Source of the DNA: a virus
Lineage: Duplodnaviria; Caudoviricetes
IMG/VR virus record: IMGVR_UViG_3300050153_000029
Location: 1 to 39,774 of that record
Length of the DNA stretch: 39,774 bases
Direction: 5' to 3' (one strand)
The notes beneath the pieces were generated by a model, which was not told the DNA's origin, did no database searches, and worked only from the letters and a program-made list of their open reading frames with translations. Made by a program: the position numbers and the translations under genes. The number at the start of each line of letters is the position of its first letter. The stretch's first letter is position 1. Positions 16,160 through 26,242 of the stretch are shown here, piece after piece.

Positions 16160-17143
16160 ATGTCTGAAGCACTCTCGATTGACGATTTCGCGGCGCAACT
16201 GAGCCAGGCCGATCAGCCGGAACAACCCGAAGGGGACTCTGGCCCGGAAGATCAGGATGTGAGCGAGTCGGAAGGTCAAACACCCGAAGGCGAAGAGCCC
16301 GAAGTTGAAGCGCAAGCCGAAGACGAAGGCGATGAGCAGGACGAACAACCGGAAGAACCGGAATCGTCTGATGACCGGGTGGTCAAGTGGACGACCGCAA
16401 GCGGTGAGGCGTTTGAAGTCACTGAAAAGGAGCTTCAAGCGGGCTACATGCGTACCTCTGACTACACGCAGAAGGCGCAGGCAGTCGCAGAAGAGCGCCG
16501 CCAAATCCAGCAGGCGGTGCAATCGCAACTCCAAGAAGTTGAACAACTCGCTGAAGAGCGTGGGCATTTGGGATTGGTGCGGCACGAGTTGCAGCAATAC
16601 CAGAACGTCAACTGGAAGGCGCTGGCTCAAGAAGACCCAGCCTCATACCAGCATCACCGATTGCGACTGCTTGAGCTGCAAGGCAAAGAGCAATCTTTGA
16701 TCAGTGATATCACGGTCAAGCGGCAGAAGTTCGCCACACAAGCGCAAGAGCAGCAGCGCTCAAACATGGCAGAGGCAAACGCCAAAGCGATGCAATTGCT
16801 CTCCCAACACATCAAGGGCTTCGACTCTGACGCTGGAATCCGTCAGAAGGCCATCACCCGCATGTCAACCGCTGGCCGTGAATACGGCTTCTCGGCGGAT
16901 GAACTCAGCGCGGTTGTTGATGGCCGCATGTTGCGAGTCCTGAACGACGCGGCCCAGTGGCAGGCGCTCCAAGCGCAAAAGCCCAAGGCCGTCAAGAAGG
17001 TGGCGACTGTCCCGAGCAAGGCCCCTGCGGTCAACCGGACGGCGCCAACACGAACCGAACAACTGGTCAAGGGCGTCTTGGCAAAGTCAAACGTGAAGAC
17101 AAACGACTTCGCCGCAGCCCTGGCCGCTTCCCGAAAAAGGTAA
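16160..17143 (+). CDS. Capsid scaffolding protein
   Basis: Acidic N-terminus, ELQAGYMRTSDYTQK, coiled coil, precedes the capsid gene. Confidence 0.85.
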   Translation: MSEALSIDDFAAQLSQADQPEQPEGDSGPEDQDVSESEGQTPEGEEPEVEAQAEDEGDEQDEQPEEPESSDDRVVKWTTASGEAFEVTEKELQAGYMRTSDYTQKAQAVAEERRQIQQAVQSQLQEVEQLAEERGHLGLVRHELQQYQNVNWKALAQEDPASYQHHRLRLLELQGKEQSLISDITVKRQKFATQAQEQQRSNMAEANAKAMQLLSQHIKGFDSDAGIRQKAITRMSTAGREYGFSADELSAVVDGRMLRVLNDAAQWQALQAQKPKAVKKVATVPSKAPAVNRTAPTRTEQLVKGVLAKSNVKTNDFAAALAASRKR

Positions 17144-17146
17144 ATC

Positions 17147-18091
17147 ATGGCTCAAGCATCCAACTCCTTCGCTACCTTCTCTAGCTCGCGCGTGCGTGAG
17201 CAGTTGCAGGACAAAATCTGGAACGTCTCCGTTTCGGAAACCCCCACCCTTGCCCTGATCGGCAAGGAAAAGATTGACGGCGTGTTTGTTGAAACGCTGA
17301 ACGATTCGTTCGCTGCTGGCGCGTCCAACAAGGTCGAGCAAGGCAATATCCCCACTATCCAGGCAACCACCGATGTGGTCCGCTACGGCAATCGCACGCA
17401 GATCAGCGAGAAGTCTGGTTCCGTCACTCGCACCCACGAGCAAGCCCTCAAGGCTGGCGACTCCAGCGAGTACGACAAGCAGGTCGCCAAGAAGATGGTC
17501 GAGTGCAAGAAGGACGTTGAATTTGGCGTGCTTCAAAACACCACGGCCATCGCTGCCGCTGCTGGCGTGGCGCCTCAAGCCCGGGGATTCATTGGCTTCT
17601 TGGCCACGAACGCCTCGCGCGGTGCCGGTGGCGTTGCCCCATCTGGCGTGACCAACACAGCCCCGACCGATGGCACTCAGCGCGCGTTCACTGAAACGCT
17701 GTTGAAGGACACCATGAAGCTGATGTTCGACAACGGCTCGCCGGAAATGGACAGCCTGTATGCGCTGATCCCATCTGCCCAGCGCGCCACATTCGACACC
17801 TTCCTGGCCGGTCAGACCCGTTTCGACAAGGCCGAAGACAAGATATTGACGGCAACGCTTGAGGTCTACATTGGCCCATTCGGTCGCGTCAAGGCTGTTA
17901 ACGCCCGTCACATGCGATCGCGTGAAGTGATCCTGCTCAACAAGGAATATGCAGCCCTCGGCGTCTATAGCCCAATGCGTGACACCGAGCTGGCAAAGCG
18001 TGGTGACGCCCGCGAGTTCATGATCAACACTGAATGGACGCTGCTGATGAAGAACGAGAAGGCACACGGCATCGTAGCTGACTTGACCTGA
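17147..18091 (+). CDS. Major capsid protein (SU10-like/DUF5309)
   Basis: REQLQDKIWNVSVSETP, GNRTQI, KKMVECKKDVE, NEKAHGIVADL. Confidence 0.9.
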   Translation: MAQASNSFATFSSSRVREQLQDKIWNVSVSETPTLALIGKEKIDGVFVETLNDSFAAGASNKVEQGNIPTIQATTDVVRYGNRTQISEKSGSVTRTHEQALKAGDSSEYDKQVAKKMVECKKDVEFGVLQNTTAIAAAAGVAPQARGFIGFLATNASRGAGGVAPSGVTNTAPTDGTQRAFTETLLKDTMKLMFDNGSPEMDSLYALIPSAQRATFDTFLAGQTRFDKAEDKILTATLEVYIGPFGRVKAVNARHMRSREVILLNKEYAALGVYSPMRDTELAKRGDAREFMINTEWTLLMKNEKAHGIVADLT

Positions 18092-18133
18092 TTGGCGGGG
18101 CTTAGGCCCCTTTCATTCGCCCCAACTACAGAC

Positions 18134-18152
18134 CCGCTTCGGCGGTTTTTTT
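18134..18152 (+). terminator. Intrinsic terminator after the capsid gene
   Basis: CCGC-TTCG-GCGG-TTTTTTT. Confidence 0.85.
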
Positions 18153-18153
18153 C

Positions 18154-18471
18154 ATGGCCGATACAAAGATTCTGCAACGTCTTGACCGTGGCTATAGCTA
18201 CATTGCGTCAGAGGATGGTGTGACACGCGTGGGCACTGTCGTTGATGTGTCTGATGTGGCCGATGCGGTGAAAGAACGCCGCGCTATGGGCATGACAGAG
18301 CAGGTCTTTGGACGCCATGAAGCGTCCATTCCTTTGGAGACGCTTGACGCATGGGCTAAGAAGATCAGCAACGGCGCATTGAATGCGTTTGATGTGGCTG
18401 ATGACGATGCCCTATTGAATCGTTTTATGGCTGAACACGGCTGCTACAAGGTTCACGGAGGCTGGCAATGA
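18154..18471 (+). CDS. Hypothetical virion assembly protein
   Basis: RHEASIP motif; position after the capsid gene. Confidence 0.7.
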   Translation: MADTKILQRLDRGYSYIASEDGVTRVGTVVDVSDVADAVKERRAMGMTEQVFGRHEASIPLETLDAWAKKISNGALNAFDVADDDALLNRFMAEHGCYKVHGGWQ

Positions 18472-19055
18472 ACTACGGCCAACTCAAGACCGCCGTTAAC
18501 AGCTTTTTGAACCATGGCGCGGCTACATCCAGCGTTGCCACATTCGTGCAACTAGCAGAGGCTGTGATCCGCCGTGATGTGCGCGTGCCAGCGCTTGAAT
18601 CCAAGGTAACGGGCACGCTTTCTGGTGGTGTTTTGACGCTGCCTGACGACTTCCTAGAGGCTCGCCGGTTAGTGGTTTCGGGCTACCCGTGCGACTACGT
18701 TTCAGCCGACGCCTACCAAGTGTTCGAGACAGACGGCGCCACCTATCGCAAGTTCACGCGCATAGGCAACACGATGCAAGTGCTGGGAGGTGGATCTGGC
18801 GCTTACTCGCTGCTGTACTCAGGTGCATTTGATGCGCTGTCCAGCGATGCTGATACGAATTGGCTGCTGACAAATGCGGCGGATGTGTACCTGTTCAAAG
18901 CGCTGACCTACGCGGCAGCATTCGTCAAGGATGCAGTGGCGGCGCAGGGGTACGAGGCGCTTTACCAAGCAGCGAAAGATGCGGTGAACCTCAAGGCTGA
19001 ACTTGACCGATATAGCGGATCACCATTGAGCATGAATGTAGGTTCTCCCGCATGA
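18468..19055 (+). CDS. Head-to-tail adaptor protein
   Basis: MNYGQLKTAV, FVQLAEAVIRRDVR, LPDDFLE, TNWLLTNAADVYL. Confidence 0.8.
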   Translation: MNYGQLKTAVNSFLNHGAATSSVATFVQLAEAVIRRDVRVPALESKVTGTLSGGVLTLPDDFLEARRLVVSGYPCDYVSADAYQVFETDGATYRKFTRIGNTMQVLGGGSGAYSLLYSGAFDALSSDADTNWLLTNAADVYLFKALTYAAAFVKDAVAAQGYEALYQAAKDAVNLKAELDRYSGSPLSMNVGSPA

Positions 19056-20494
19056 TCCCACTGATTGGCTTTTCCCCTGATGCTGAACCAACTACGCCAG
19101 GTTGCATCCTTGATGCGTCGAACATCATTCCCTATGAAGCTGGAATGAAGGCCGCGCCAAGTGCTGCGGCTGTGGCGCTGGGTGCGTTGGCTACCGAGTG
19201 CAAGGGTTCGGCTGTCGTTCGCCAGTTATCGGGGGGCTCTCGATTCTTCGCTGCGACTGCCTCAAACCTCTATGAAGCGTCTGGTGCTTCGTGGTCGTCG
19301 GTTGGGTCTGCTTACGCGCTTGGTACTGATGACCGCTGGTCATTCGCAGGCTACGGTGATGCGGTTCTAGCCTCTAATCCATCGACAAAAATTCAGCGAT
19401 CAGTTGGCGGTGCATTTTCTGTCATCGCATCAGCTCCCAAGGCAAAGATTCTGGTGTCAGTGAAGGGCTTCGTGCTTGCCTTTGCGACCAATGAGGCGAC
19501 TTATGGCGACAGCCCTGATCGTTGGTGGTGTTCGGCTTTGTACAACGAAACAGACTGGACGCCATCGCTCTCAACGCAATGCACGAACGGCAGGCTCACG
19601 GATGGGTCTGGTGGGTTCACTGCTGCGGTACGCTTTGGTGATCAGGTGGTGGCCTATAAAAACAGGTCCATGCACCTTGGCCACTATGCGGGAACGCCAT
19701 CCGTATGGGATTGGGCCGTTGTATCGTTTGATGTCGGATGTATTGGGCCTGATGCTGCGGCAGACACATCTATTGGGCACATCTTTGTAGGATCCGACAA
19801 TATCTATCACTTCGACGGCACACGCCCCGTGAGCATTGCTACTGGGGTCGTTCGTCAATGGTGGATTGACAACTCATCGGCTGAGTTTCGCTACCGGACT
19901 AAGCTGCTATGGGACCGGGACAACTCTCTGGTGTGGATGTTTTTCCCGTCTTCCGGATCGTCTGGCACTTGCGATGATTGTTTAGTGTTCCATGTCTCCA
20001 CCCAACAATGGGGCCGCGTGGGTCTGGCTGTTGAAGCTGTGGTTAACTATGTCAGCCCCTCGATCACGTATGACGGCGGATCAAGCCTGATCACGACCTA
20101 TGACTCTAGCCCAGCTATAGCGTTTGATTCGCCTTTCTGGTTATCCCAGAAAGGCAACCCGGCCATTTTCAGCGCAACTCATACGATCAAGACGCTAACG
20201 GGAATCCCTGGAGCCTGGTGGTTTGAGACGGGCGATTATGGAGACGAAACGCAGTGGTCTTACTGCTCCGACCTGCGGTTGCGCTTTGCTCAAAAGCCAG
20301 CCTCTACCACTTGCACCTCAAAGACTAAAGAGACAAGCGGCGATGTGCTGACGACTGCTGCCACGGTAAGCCATGACGGTTCAAAGTTCCCGCTGCGTCA
20401 GACCGCGCGATTTCATCGGTTCCGCGTCGATGGGTCTGGGGCTGCAAAGTTTTCAGCGATCCAGCCAACAACAATTGATGCTGGGTCGAGATGA
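19052..20494 (+). CDS. Tail tubular/nozzle (packaged-DNA stabilisation) protein
   Basis: Beta-propeller-like, RWWCSAL..TDW, VGCIG; podovirus gene order. Confidence 0.8.
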   Translation: MIPLIGFSPDAEPTTPGCILDASNIIPYEAGMKAAPSAAAVALGALATECKGSAVVRQLSGGSRFFAATASNLYEASGASWSSVGSAYALGTDDRWSFAGYGDAVLASNPSTKIQRSVGGAFSVIASAPKAKILVSVKGFVLAFATNEATYGDSPDRWWCSALYNETDWTPSLSTQCTNGRLTDGSGGFTAAVRFGDQVVAYKNRSMHLGHYAGTPSVWDWAVVSFDVGCIGPDAAADTSIGHIFVGSDNIYHFDGTRPVSIATGVVRQWWIDNSSAEFRYRTKLLWDRDNSLVWMFFPSSGSSGTCDDCLVFHVSTQQWGRVGLAVEAVVNYVSPSITYDGGSSLITTYDSSPAIAFDSPFWLSQKGNPAIFSATHTIKTLTGIPGAWWFETGDYGDETQWSYCSDLRLRFAQKPASTTCTSKTKETSGDVLTTAATVSHDGSKFPLRQTARFHRFRVDGSGAAKFSAIQPTTIDAGSR

Positions 20495-20643
20495 AAAATA
20501 TGCCCCCTCACATTCAGCGCAAGCGCTCAAAGCTAATTGACTCTGTGTTTATGTGGGTGACGCGCAATGTACCAGCTCGCCCCAATGAGCCAAGCGAGCC
20601 TTGGCAGTGGCGTGCAGTTGCGCACAGGGAATCGAAGCGATGA
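20491..20643 (+). CDS. Small basic hypothetical protein (MKNMPPHIQRKRSK...), 50 aa
   Basis: Manually translated; ATGA overlaps at both ends. Confidence 0.5.
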   Translation: MKNMPPHIQRKRSKLIDSVFMWVTRNVPARPNEPSEPWQWRAVAHRESKR

Positions 20644-21209
20644 GACTGCCAGAAGAACCGCGCTTGCCTCCCGAGCTTCCCCGCTTGGTGCTGCGCCTTA
20701 CTGATGTGCTGCGCGACATTACCCGTGCCATCAACTCGATTGCAGACCAAAGCACAAGCACAGCAGTGGCTGACCTGATCGGTACAGCGCTTTCGATGAC
20801 CATCACGCCAAAGGCCCCAACAGCAACCGAGACGCCTGGCGCCTTGAACCTGTTGGCCCGCGATGCTGTTGGTGCTGGTATCAATGGTGCGGATGTGAAT
20901 GTCACGGCGGGAAATGGTGAGTCTGGCGGGGCAATCAACGTCAATTCTGGGCAAGGCGGTGTAACTGGCGGGCGCATCACGATGCAAACCGGCCTGGCTG
21001 CAACTTCTGCGCTTGAGCTTGCAGACGATGGGGCAAGTGCGCTGATTGGGCTGTATGGAGCGCCGCCAGTGGCTCGCGCAACAACAGCAGTAGCGGCAGC
21101 AACATTCGTTGCCAACGCTGGAACGGCAGTCAACAGCTCAAGCACCTTCGACGGCTACACGATTGGCAAAGTTGTGAAGGCGCTGCGCAATGTTGGGGTG
21201 CTCGCCTGA
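20640..21209 (+). CDS. Tail needle or fibre-like trimeric protein
   Basis: N-terminal helix, Gly-rich beta repeats, C-terminal VVKALRNVGVLA trimerisation-like end. Confidence 0.6.
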   Translation: MRLPEEPRLPPELPRLVLRLTDVLRDITRAINSIADQSTSTAVADLIGTALSMTITPKAPTATETPGALNLLARDAVGAGINGADVNVTAGNGESGGAINVNSGQGGVTGGRITMQTGLAATSALELADDGASALIGLYGAPPVARATTAVAAATFVANAGTAVNSSSTFDGYTIGKVVKALRNVGVLA

Positions 21210-21616
21210 TGCTTCTAAAGACAGTCCCGCACACGCATATAGACCGAGCCTGGCGCGATGGGGCTCATAAGTTGGAAGAAGCCTGCGAGACAAGCGGAGG
21301 CGATATCACTGGCGATCAGTTGCGAATGATCCTAGCCAGGGGAGAGCGCACTTTGCTTGCCATGACGCGCGGTGATTCGGTCGATGGCTGGGGTGTTGTC
21401 CAAGTGGATCAACTACCTAACAAGCGGGTCTTGTTCGTCACCGATATGTATGCCCCAGGCGCGGTGTTTGAAGAGTTCTTTGCTGAGCTAAAGAAGTTCG
21501 CAGAGGCCAATGGTTGCAGCGTTATCAGATGTGCCGCCCAGCCTGTTCAAGCGCGGCTTTACCAGATCAAAGTTGGCTTCAGGCCAGTTCGCCAAATTTT
21601 GGAGGTGGAAGTATGA
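21209..21616 (+). CDS. GNAT-like virion assembly protein
   Basis: LKKFAEANGCSVIRC...RLY..KVGF resembles the acetyltransferase fold; position before the ejection proteins. Confidence 0.6.
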   Translation: MLLKTVPHTHIDRAWRDGAHKLEEACETSGGDITGDQLRMILARGERTLLAMTRGDSVDGWGVVQVDQLPNKRVLFVTDMYAPGAVFEEFFAELKKFAEANGCSVIRCAAQPVQARLYQIKVGFRPVRQILEVEV

Positions 21617-22407
21617 ACAAACGCCAGTTGTATGCCTTTGGTGAGCCACTCGGCTCATGTGTCACGCGCAAAGAGGGTGGTCGCATCATCTACGGTGGCG
21701 GCGGCGATTCATATTCATCGTCAACACCTCAAGTTGCAGAAGACCTCAAGCCATTGGCTGCGCTCTACACGCAGCAATCAACGGACCTCGCCAATACGCC
21801 TTGGCAGTCCTACACAGGTCAGCGATATACAGGCTTGAACGATACTCAGCAAGGCGCATTGCAGGACATCACAAACCGAGCAAATAACGGTAGCCCAGTG
21901 ATGGACCAGGCCAATAGCACGCTAACAAGCATGCTGCAAGGCGGGCAGACGAATCCTTACCTTGACTCAATGGTCAAGAAGGCGCAGGACTCTGTATCAA
22001 GCCAATGGAACACGATGACCAAGCCTCAGCTTGAGTCAAGCATGGTCAATAGCGGGTCTTTCGGCAACTCTGGCCAGCAGCAAATGGAAGGCGTGCAGCA
22101 AAAGGCCGCGACTCAGCAGATGAGTGACATTGCTACGCAGATGTACGGCAACGCCTACAACACCGATCAAGCTAACAAGGTTTCTGCGCTTGGTATGGCT
22201 CAAAGCTATGGCAATCAAGCCTACACAGATGCCGCCCAAAAGTTGCAAGCAGGCACAACCCAGCAAAACGCCGATCAGCAGAACAACGACTTCGCCTATC
22301 AGCAGTTCCAGGACCAGCAAAACAACCCTTACAAAAAGCTGCAAACAATCGGCGGGGTTGTGGGGCAGTCTACGGGTGCGAACACTTCACAGAGTTCGGG
22401 AAAATGA
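21613..22407 (+). CDS. DNA ejection/pilot protein
   Basis: Q/N/S-rich, GGGG after a short leader, NPYL, GSFGNS; GGAGG SD. Confidence 0.75.
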   Translation: MNKRQLYAFGEPLGSCVTRKEGGRIIYGGGGDSYSSSTPQVAEDLKPLAALYTQQSTDLANTPWQSYTGQRYTGLNDTQQGALQDITNRANNGSPVMDQANSTLTSMLQGGQTNPYLDSMVKKAQDSVSSQWNTMTKPQLESSMVNSGSFGNSGQQQMEGVQQKAATQQMSDIATQMYGNAYNTDQANKVSALGMAQSYGNQAYTDAAQKLQAGTTQQNADQQNNDFAYQQFQDQQNNPYKKLQTIGGVVGQSTGANTSQSSGK

Positions 22408-22871
22408 GTCTGGTCGAAATCTCTGGCGAGTTGGTCACTGTAGAGGTGGCCCGCGCCTTGATCATGCGCGCTCAAGCCAAGTGCTTTGCCGCCCCTGATG
22501 AGATCCGAATGAAAGAGTCGCCACCTGTAAAGCACTGGTTTGCGCCTGGCATCTATTGCCGCCAGATCAACTTACAAGCCGGGTCTACGGTCATTGGCCG
22601 TATTCATCGACATGAGCATATGAACATCATTAGCGCGGGTGATGTGACGGTGTTCACCGAGTTCGGCATTCAGGAATTGAAGGCCGGTGACTCGTTCACA
22701 TCGAAGCCAGGTACGAAGCGCGTTGTTGCTGTCCATCAAGACACGATCTGGACCACGATCCACCCCAATCCCGATAACTGCACAGATGTGCATCAATTGG
22801 AAGAGCGCTACACGGCTGCGGAATATTCAGAACTGGGCATGACGGTTGCTGATTTGGAGTTGTTGACATGA
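22404..22871 (+). CDS. Cupin-fold protein
   Basis: HWFAPGIYCRQI...GRIHRHEH.NIIS.G.V.V...PGTKRV...WTTIH. Confidence 0.75.
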   Translation: MSLVEISGELVTVEVARALIMRAQAKCFAAPDEIRMKESPPVKHWFAPGIYCRQINLQAGSTVIGRIHRHEHMNIISAGDVTVFTEFGIQELKAGDSFTSKPGTKRVVAVHQDTIWTTIHPNPDNCTDVHQLEERYTAAEYSELGMTVADLELLT

Positions 22872-23536
22872 CCTATTGGATGATCGGTATTGGAACCGTT
22901 GCAGGCGCTGCGATGGACCGAAAACACCCCTGGCGCGGCGCTCTGATGGGTGCGGCTGCTGGCGCTACAGGCGGCGCAGCTTTGGGCGGCGGTGCGGCGG
23001 CTGGTGGGGCTGCTGCTGCCGGTGAGGGTGCGGCAGCAGGGGCAGCAGGCACAGGCGCCGCTGCTGGATCTGGCGCTGCTGCGGGAACTACAGCAGGCGC
23101 TACAGGCGCAGGCATGACCACTGCGGGCGCTGGCGCTACAGGATCGGGCATGGTGGCCACTGGTGAGGGCGCAGGCTACACGCTGGGTAGCACTGGCGCT
23201 GGATCAGCCGCGGGGTCTGGCATGACGGCTGGCGCTGGCGCTACCACTGGCAGCACCTCCACAGCGTCGGGCCAGGGCGGGTTACTCGCTACTTATGGCA
23301 AGTATGGAAGCGCAGCAAGCAGCGGGGCTCAAGCGGGTATGCAGGACAGTCAAAGCGACCCGCAGGCTGCGCCAGTTGCCCAAGTGCAGCAACGTCCTGG
23401 CCCTGATGCTACTGGCTTGCTTGCAGCTCAGTCGCAAGAAGATCAGTCTATCGCGGCGCAACAAGAGGCGAAGCGCCAGCAACAGCAACAATGGCTCCAG
23501 GGCCTGCTCGGAGGTAGTTATGGCCGGTCTGCTTGA
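22868..23536 (+). CDS. Gly/Ala-rich ejection protein
   Basis: Glycine-zipper-like GA-rich region; lies in the ejection cluster. Confidence 0.7.
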   Translation: MTYWMIGIGTVAGAAMDRKHPWRGALMGAAAGATGGAALGGGAAAGGAAAAGEGAAAGAAGTGAAAGSGAAAGTTAGATGAGMTTAGAGATGSGMVATGEGAGYTLGSTGAGSAAGSGMTAGAGATTGSTSTASGQGGLLATYGKYGSAASSGAQAGMQDSQSDPQAAPVAQVQQRPGPDATGLLAAQSQEDQSIAAQQEAKRQQQQQWLQGLLGGSYGRSA

Positions 23537-24836
23537 CGATCAAGGGCAAGGTGGCTTACTGTCGTTCCTGTCTACCCCGGTGGGGCAGGGCCTTTTGTCT
23601 GCTGGCCTGGCTGGCCTGGCTGGCGCTGGCAAGCAAAGGCCGTGGAACTTGGCGGGTAGTGCTGGCTTGGCTGGCATGCAGGGCTTTACGAATGCTCAGG
23701 ACCAGCAGCAGCAAGCAGCCTTCAACAAGACGCGCCAAAAGCTGCTTGACAGTCAAGTGACTGAAAACGACCTGCAAGCGAAGATCCGCCAGCAAGGCAT
23801 GGATCAGCAGCAGGCGCAGCGCAACTATCTGGGCGGTATCGGTAAGGTGACAAGCCCGCGCCTTGATGCGCAGCCTAACAAGTTCGACCCACTTTCCGCC
23901 CTGTCTCTTGGCATGTCTCCTGAGATGGTGAAAACGGTTGCAGAGGCACCTAATCTGGGCCGCTCAGAGGTTGCCCGCACCTTGGAAGGACAAGACGCGC
24001 AAGGCAATAAGGTCACATATCAATTTGATAAGTACGGGCGACCTGTTGGCGATGGCGTGCAGGGTTACACGGCCCCGGTTCAAGTTGACCTTGGCGGGCG
24101 CGTGCAGTTTGTGCGCCCTGAGGCTGGTGTTTTGCTGGGCAAGACGATGACGCCAGGTGAGTCTGCGTCTAACGCCGTGGCTCGCGGCAATTTGGCGGTG
24201 TCTCAGCAGCGTTTGGCGCTGGATCAAAACAAGCCTGAGTTTAAAGATGGGCAATGGGTCGTCGCGCCTCGCGACATGAGGCCCGGCGAGTCGCGTCAAG
24301 CTGTTGCCCCAGGAGCGAAGCCATTGACCGATGCGCAGGCTAAGGCGTATTTGTTTGGAACCCGCATGCAAGAGTCCGACAAGTTGCTTGGACAATTGGC
24401 CGCTGGCGGCACTGACCGCCGAGGCAATATCAAAGCCACCCTTGAGTCGGTTCCTCTGATTGGCGATGGGTTGGGGACTTTGGCTAACGGCACTCAAAGC
24501 GATAGCCAGCAGAAGGTCGAGCAAGCGCAACGTGACTTCTTGAATGCAGTGCTTCGTCGTGAATCTGGCGCGGCTATCGCACCATCAGAATTTGATAGTG
24601 CAGCCAAGCAGTATTTCCCACAGCCATTCGACTCGGCGGCGGTGAAGGAGCAAAAGGCTCGCAACCGACAGTTGGCAGTGCAGGGAATCATGGCTGAGGT
24701 GCCTGGTGGGCAAGCGTCTGCAAGTACAGCCCAACCAAAAGCATCGCAAACCCCCCAACAAGGCGCAGTGGTTGATGGCTACGTGTTCCGTGGCGGCAAC
24801 CCATCAGACCCCCACAACTGGGCAAAGGTGAAGTGA
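23520..24836 (+). CDS. DNA ejection protein
   Basis: MAGLLD start, Q-rich, QAQRDFLNAVLRRESGAAI..EF..A.KQYFPQ motif; GGAGG SD. Confidence 0.8.
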   Translation: MAGLLDDQGQGGLLSFLSTPVGQGLLSAGLAGLAGAGKQRPWNLAGSAGLAGMQGFTNAQDQQQQAAFNKTRQKLLDSQVTENDLQAKIRQQGMDQQQAQRNYLGGIGKVTSPRLDAQPNKFDPLSALSLGMSPEMVKTVAEAPNLGRSEVARTLEGQDAQGNKVTYQFDKYGRPVGDGVQGYTAPVQVDLGGRVQFVRPEAGVLLGKTMTPGESASNAVARGNLAVSQQRLALDQNKPEFKDGQWVVAPRDMRPGESRQAVAPGAKPLTDAQAKAYLFGTRMQESDKLLGQLAAGGTDRRGNIKATLESVPLIGDGLGTLANGTQSDSQQKVEQAQRDFLNAVLRRESGAAIAPSEFDSAAKQYFPQPFDSAAVKEQKARNRQLAVQGIMAEVPGGQASASTAQPKASQTPQQGAVVDGYVFRGGNPSDPHNWAKVK

Positions 24837-26242
24837 TGGCAGGGCCTTGGGAGCAATACGGTCAATCAGATGGCCCATGGAAAAAGTACGCTGAAGCATC
24901 GCCGCCAGCACAGGTGCCTGAAGCCCACCTGATGGATCAGGTGAAGCAGCAAGCGGGCAATGCGTTGGGAGGCTTGGTCCGGGGTGCTGGCTCAATCGGC
25001 GCAACCATCCTTTGGCCCGTTGACAAGGCCACTGACATGATCAAGGGTGACCGCGCCCTTGGCTTGACAAGCCTTGTTACCGGCAAGGCTCCGCTGTCTC
25101 GAAACGAGGAGCGCCGCATTGCAATGGATGAGGGCCTTCGTTCGCTGGGCGCTGATCCTGAGTCGCTGGCGTTCAAGGTTGGCAAGTTTGGCGGCGAGGT
25201 GGCTGGTACGGCTGGCACTGGTGGCGCTCTAGCAAAAGGCGCACAAGCGATCGGCGCAGCTCCGACCGTCGTGAGCGCCCTTTCGTCAGGTGGCTTGTCT
25301 GGTGGCGGCAACATGCTGACACGCATCGGAGCGGGCGCAACATCCGGCGCAGTGTCATCCGGATTGGTCAACCCTCAGGACGCCATGAGTGGCGCGGTTC
25401 TTGGTAGCCTGCTCCCGCCTGGTGTTAAGGCTCTTGGTGCTGCTGGTCAGAAACTGTCTGACATGGCAAAGAACTCTGCCCAATCGCTCATGCAGAGCGC
25501 TGTGAAGCCAACCATTGCCCAACTCAAAAGCGGGGATGCGGGTGTCGCAGTTGACACGTTGCTGAAGTACGGTCTGACGCCCAATCAAAAAGGTGTGGAC
25601 ACATTGCGCGGCTTGATAAATGACAAGAATCAACAGATTTCTGACTTGATCCGCACCAGCAACGCAAGCATTGACAAGAGCAAAGTCGCCAGCTACTTGG
25701 GTGACACCAAGGCCGCATTTGGGCGACAAGTAAGCCCTACAAGTGATTTGGCGGCAATTGACAACGTCGCCAATGATTTCCTGGCCCACCCAATGATCCC
25801 TGGATCGTCTATCCCCGTTCAGGCGGCACAAGACATGAAGCAGGGAACCTACAAGGTACTTGCCAAGAAATATGGGCAGATGGGCGGCGCGGAGACAGAG
25901 GCTCAAAAGTCACTTGCTCGTGGCCTGAAAGATGAGATTGCCGCAGCAGTCCCAGAGGTAGCGCCCCTCAATGCGGAAGAAAGCCGCCTGCTTTCTACGC
26001 TGAAAGTGACTGAGCGCCGAGCATTGATGGATTTGAACAAGAATCCCGTTGGGCTGGCTGCGCTGGCAACAAACCCAGCTTCGTTTGCTGCCTTCATGGC
26101 TGACCGAAGCGCAGGATTCAAGGCGTTGGCAGCTCGCCAAGTCAATAAGTTGGCAACGCCGGGGCTACTTGGTCAAAAGTTGCCCGGGTTGCTTGAAAGC
26201 CCAGGCGTGAGAACTGGCCTCTTGCTCACTTCCGGTTCCTGA
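24836..26242 (+). CDS. DNA ejection/transfer protein
   Basis: Two GPWE/KxY repeats at the N-terminus; Gly/Ala-rich helices. Confidence 0.8.
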   Translation: MAGPWEQYGQSDGPWKKYAEASPPAQVPEAHLMDQVKQQAGNALGGLVRGAGSIGATILWPVDKATDMIKGDRALGLTSLVTGKAPLSRNEERRIAMDEGLRSLGADPESLAFKVGKFGGEVAGTAGTGGALAKGAQAIGAAPTVVSALSSGGLSGGGNMLTRIGAGATSGAVSSGLVNPQDAMSGAVLGSLLPPGVKALGAAGQKLSDMAKNSAQSLMQSAVKPTIAQLKSGDAGVAVDTLLKYGLTPNQKGVDTLRGLINDKNQQISDLIRTSNASIDKSKVASYLGDTKAAFGRQVSPTSDLAAIDNVANDFLAHPMIPGSSIPVQAAQDMKQGTYKVLAKKYGQMGGAETEAQKSLARGLKDEIAAAVPEVAPLNAEESRLLSTLKVTERRALMDLNKNPVGLAALATNPASFAAFMADRSAGFKALAARQVNKLATPGLLGQKLPGLLESPGVRTGLLLTSGS

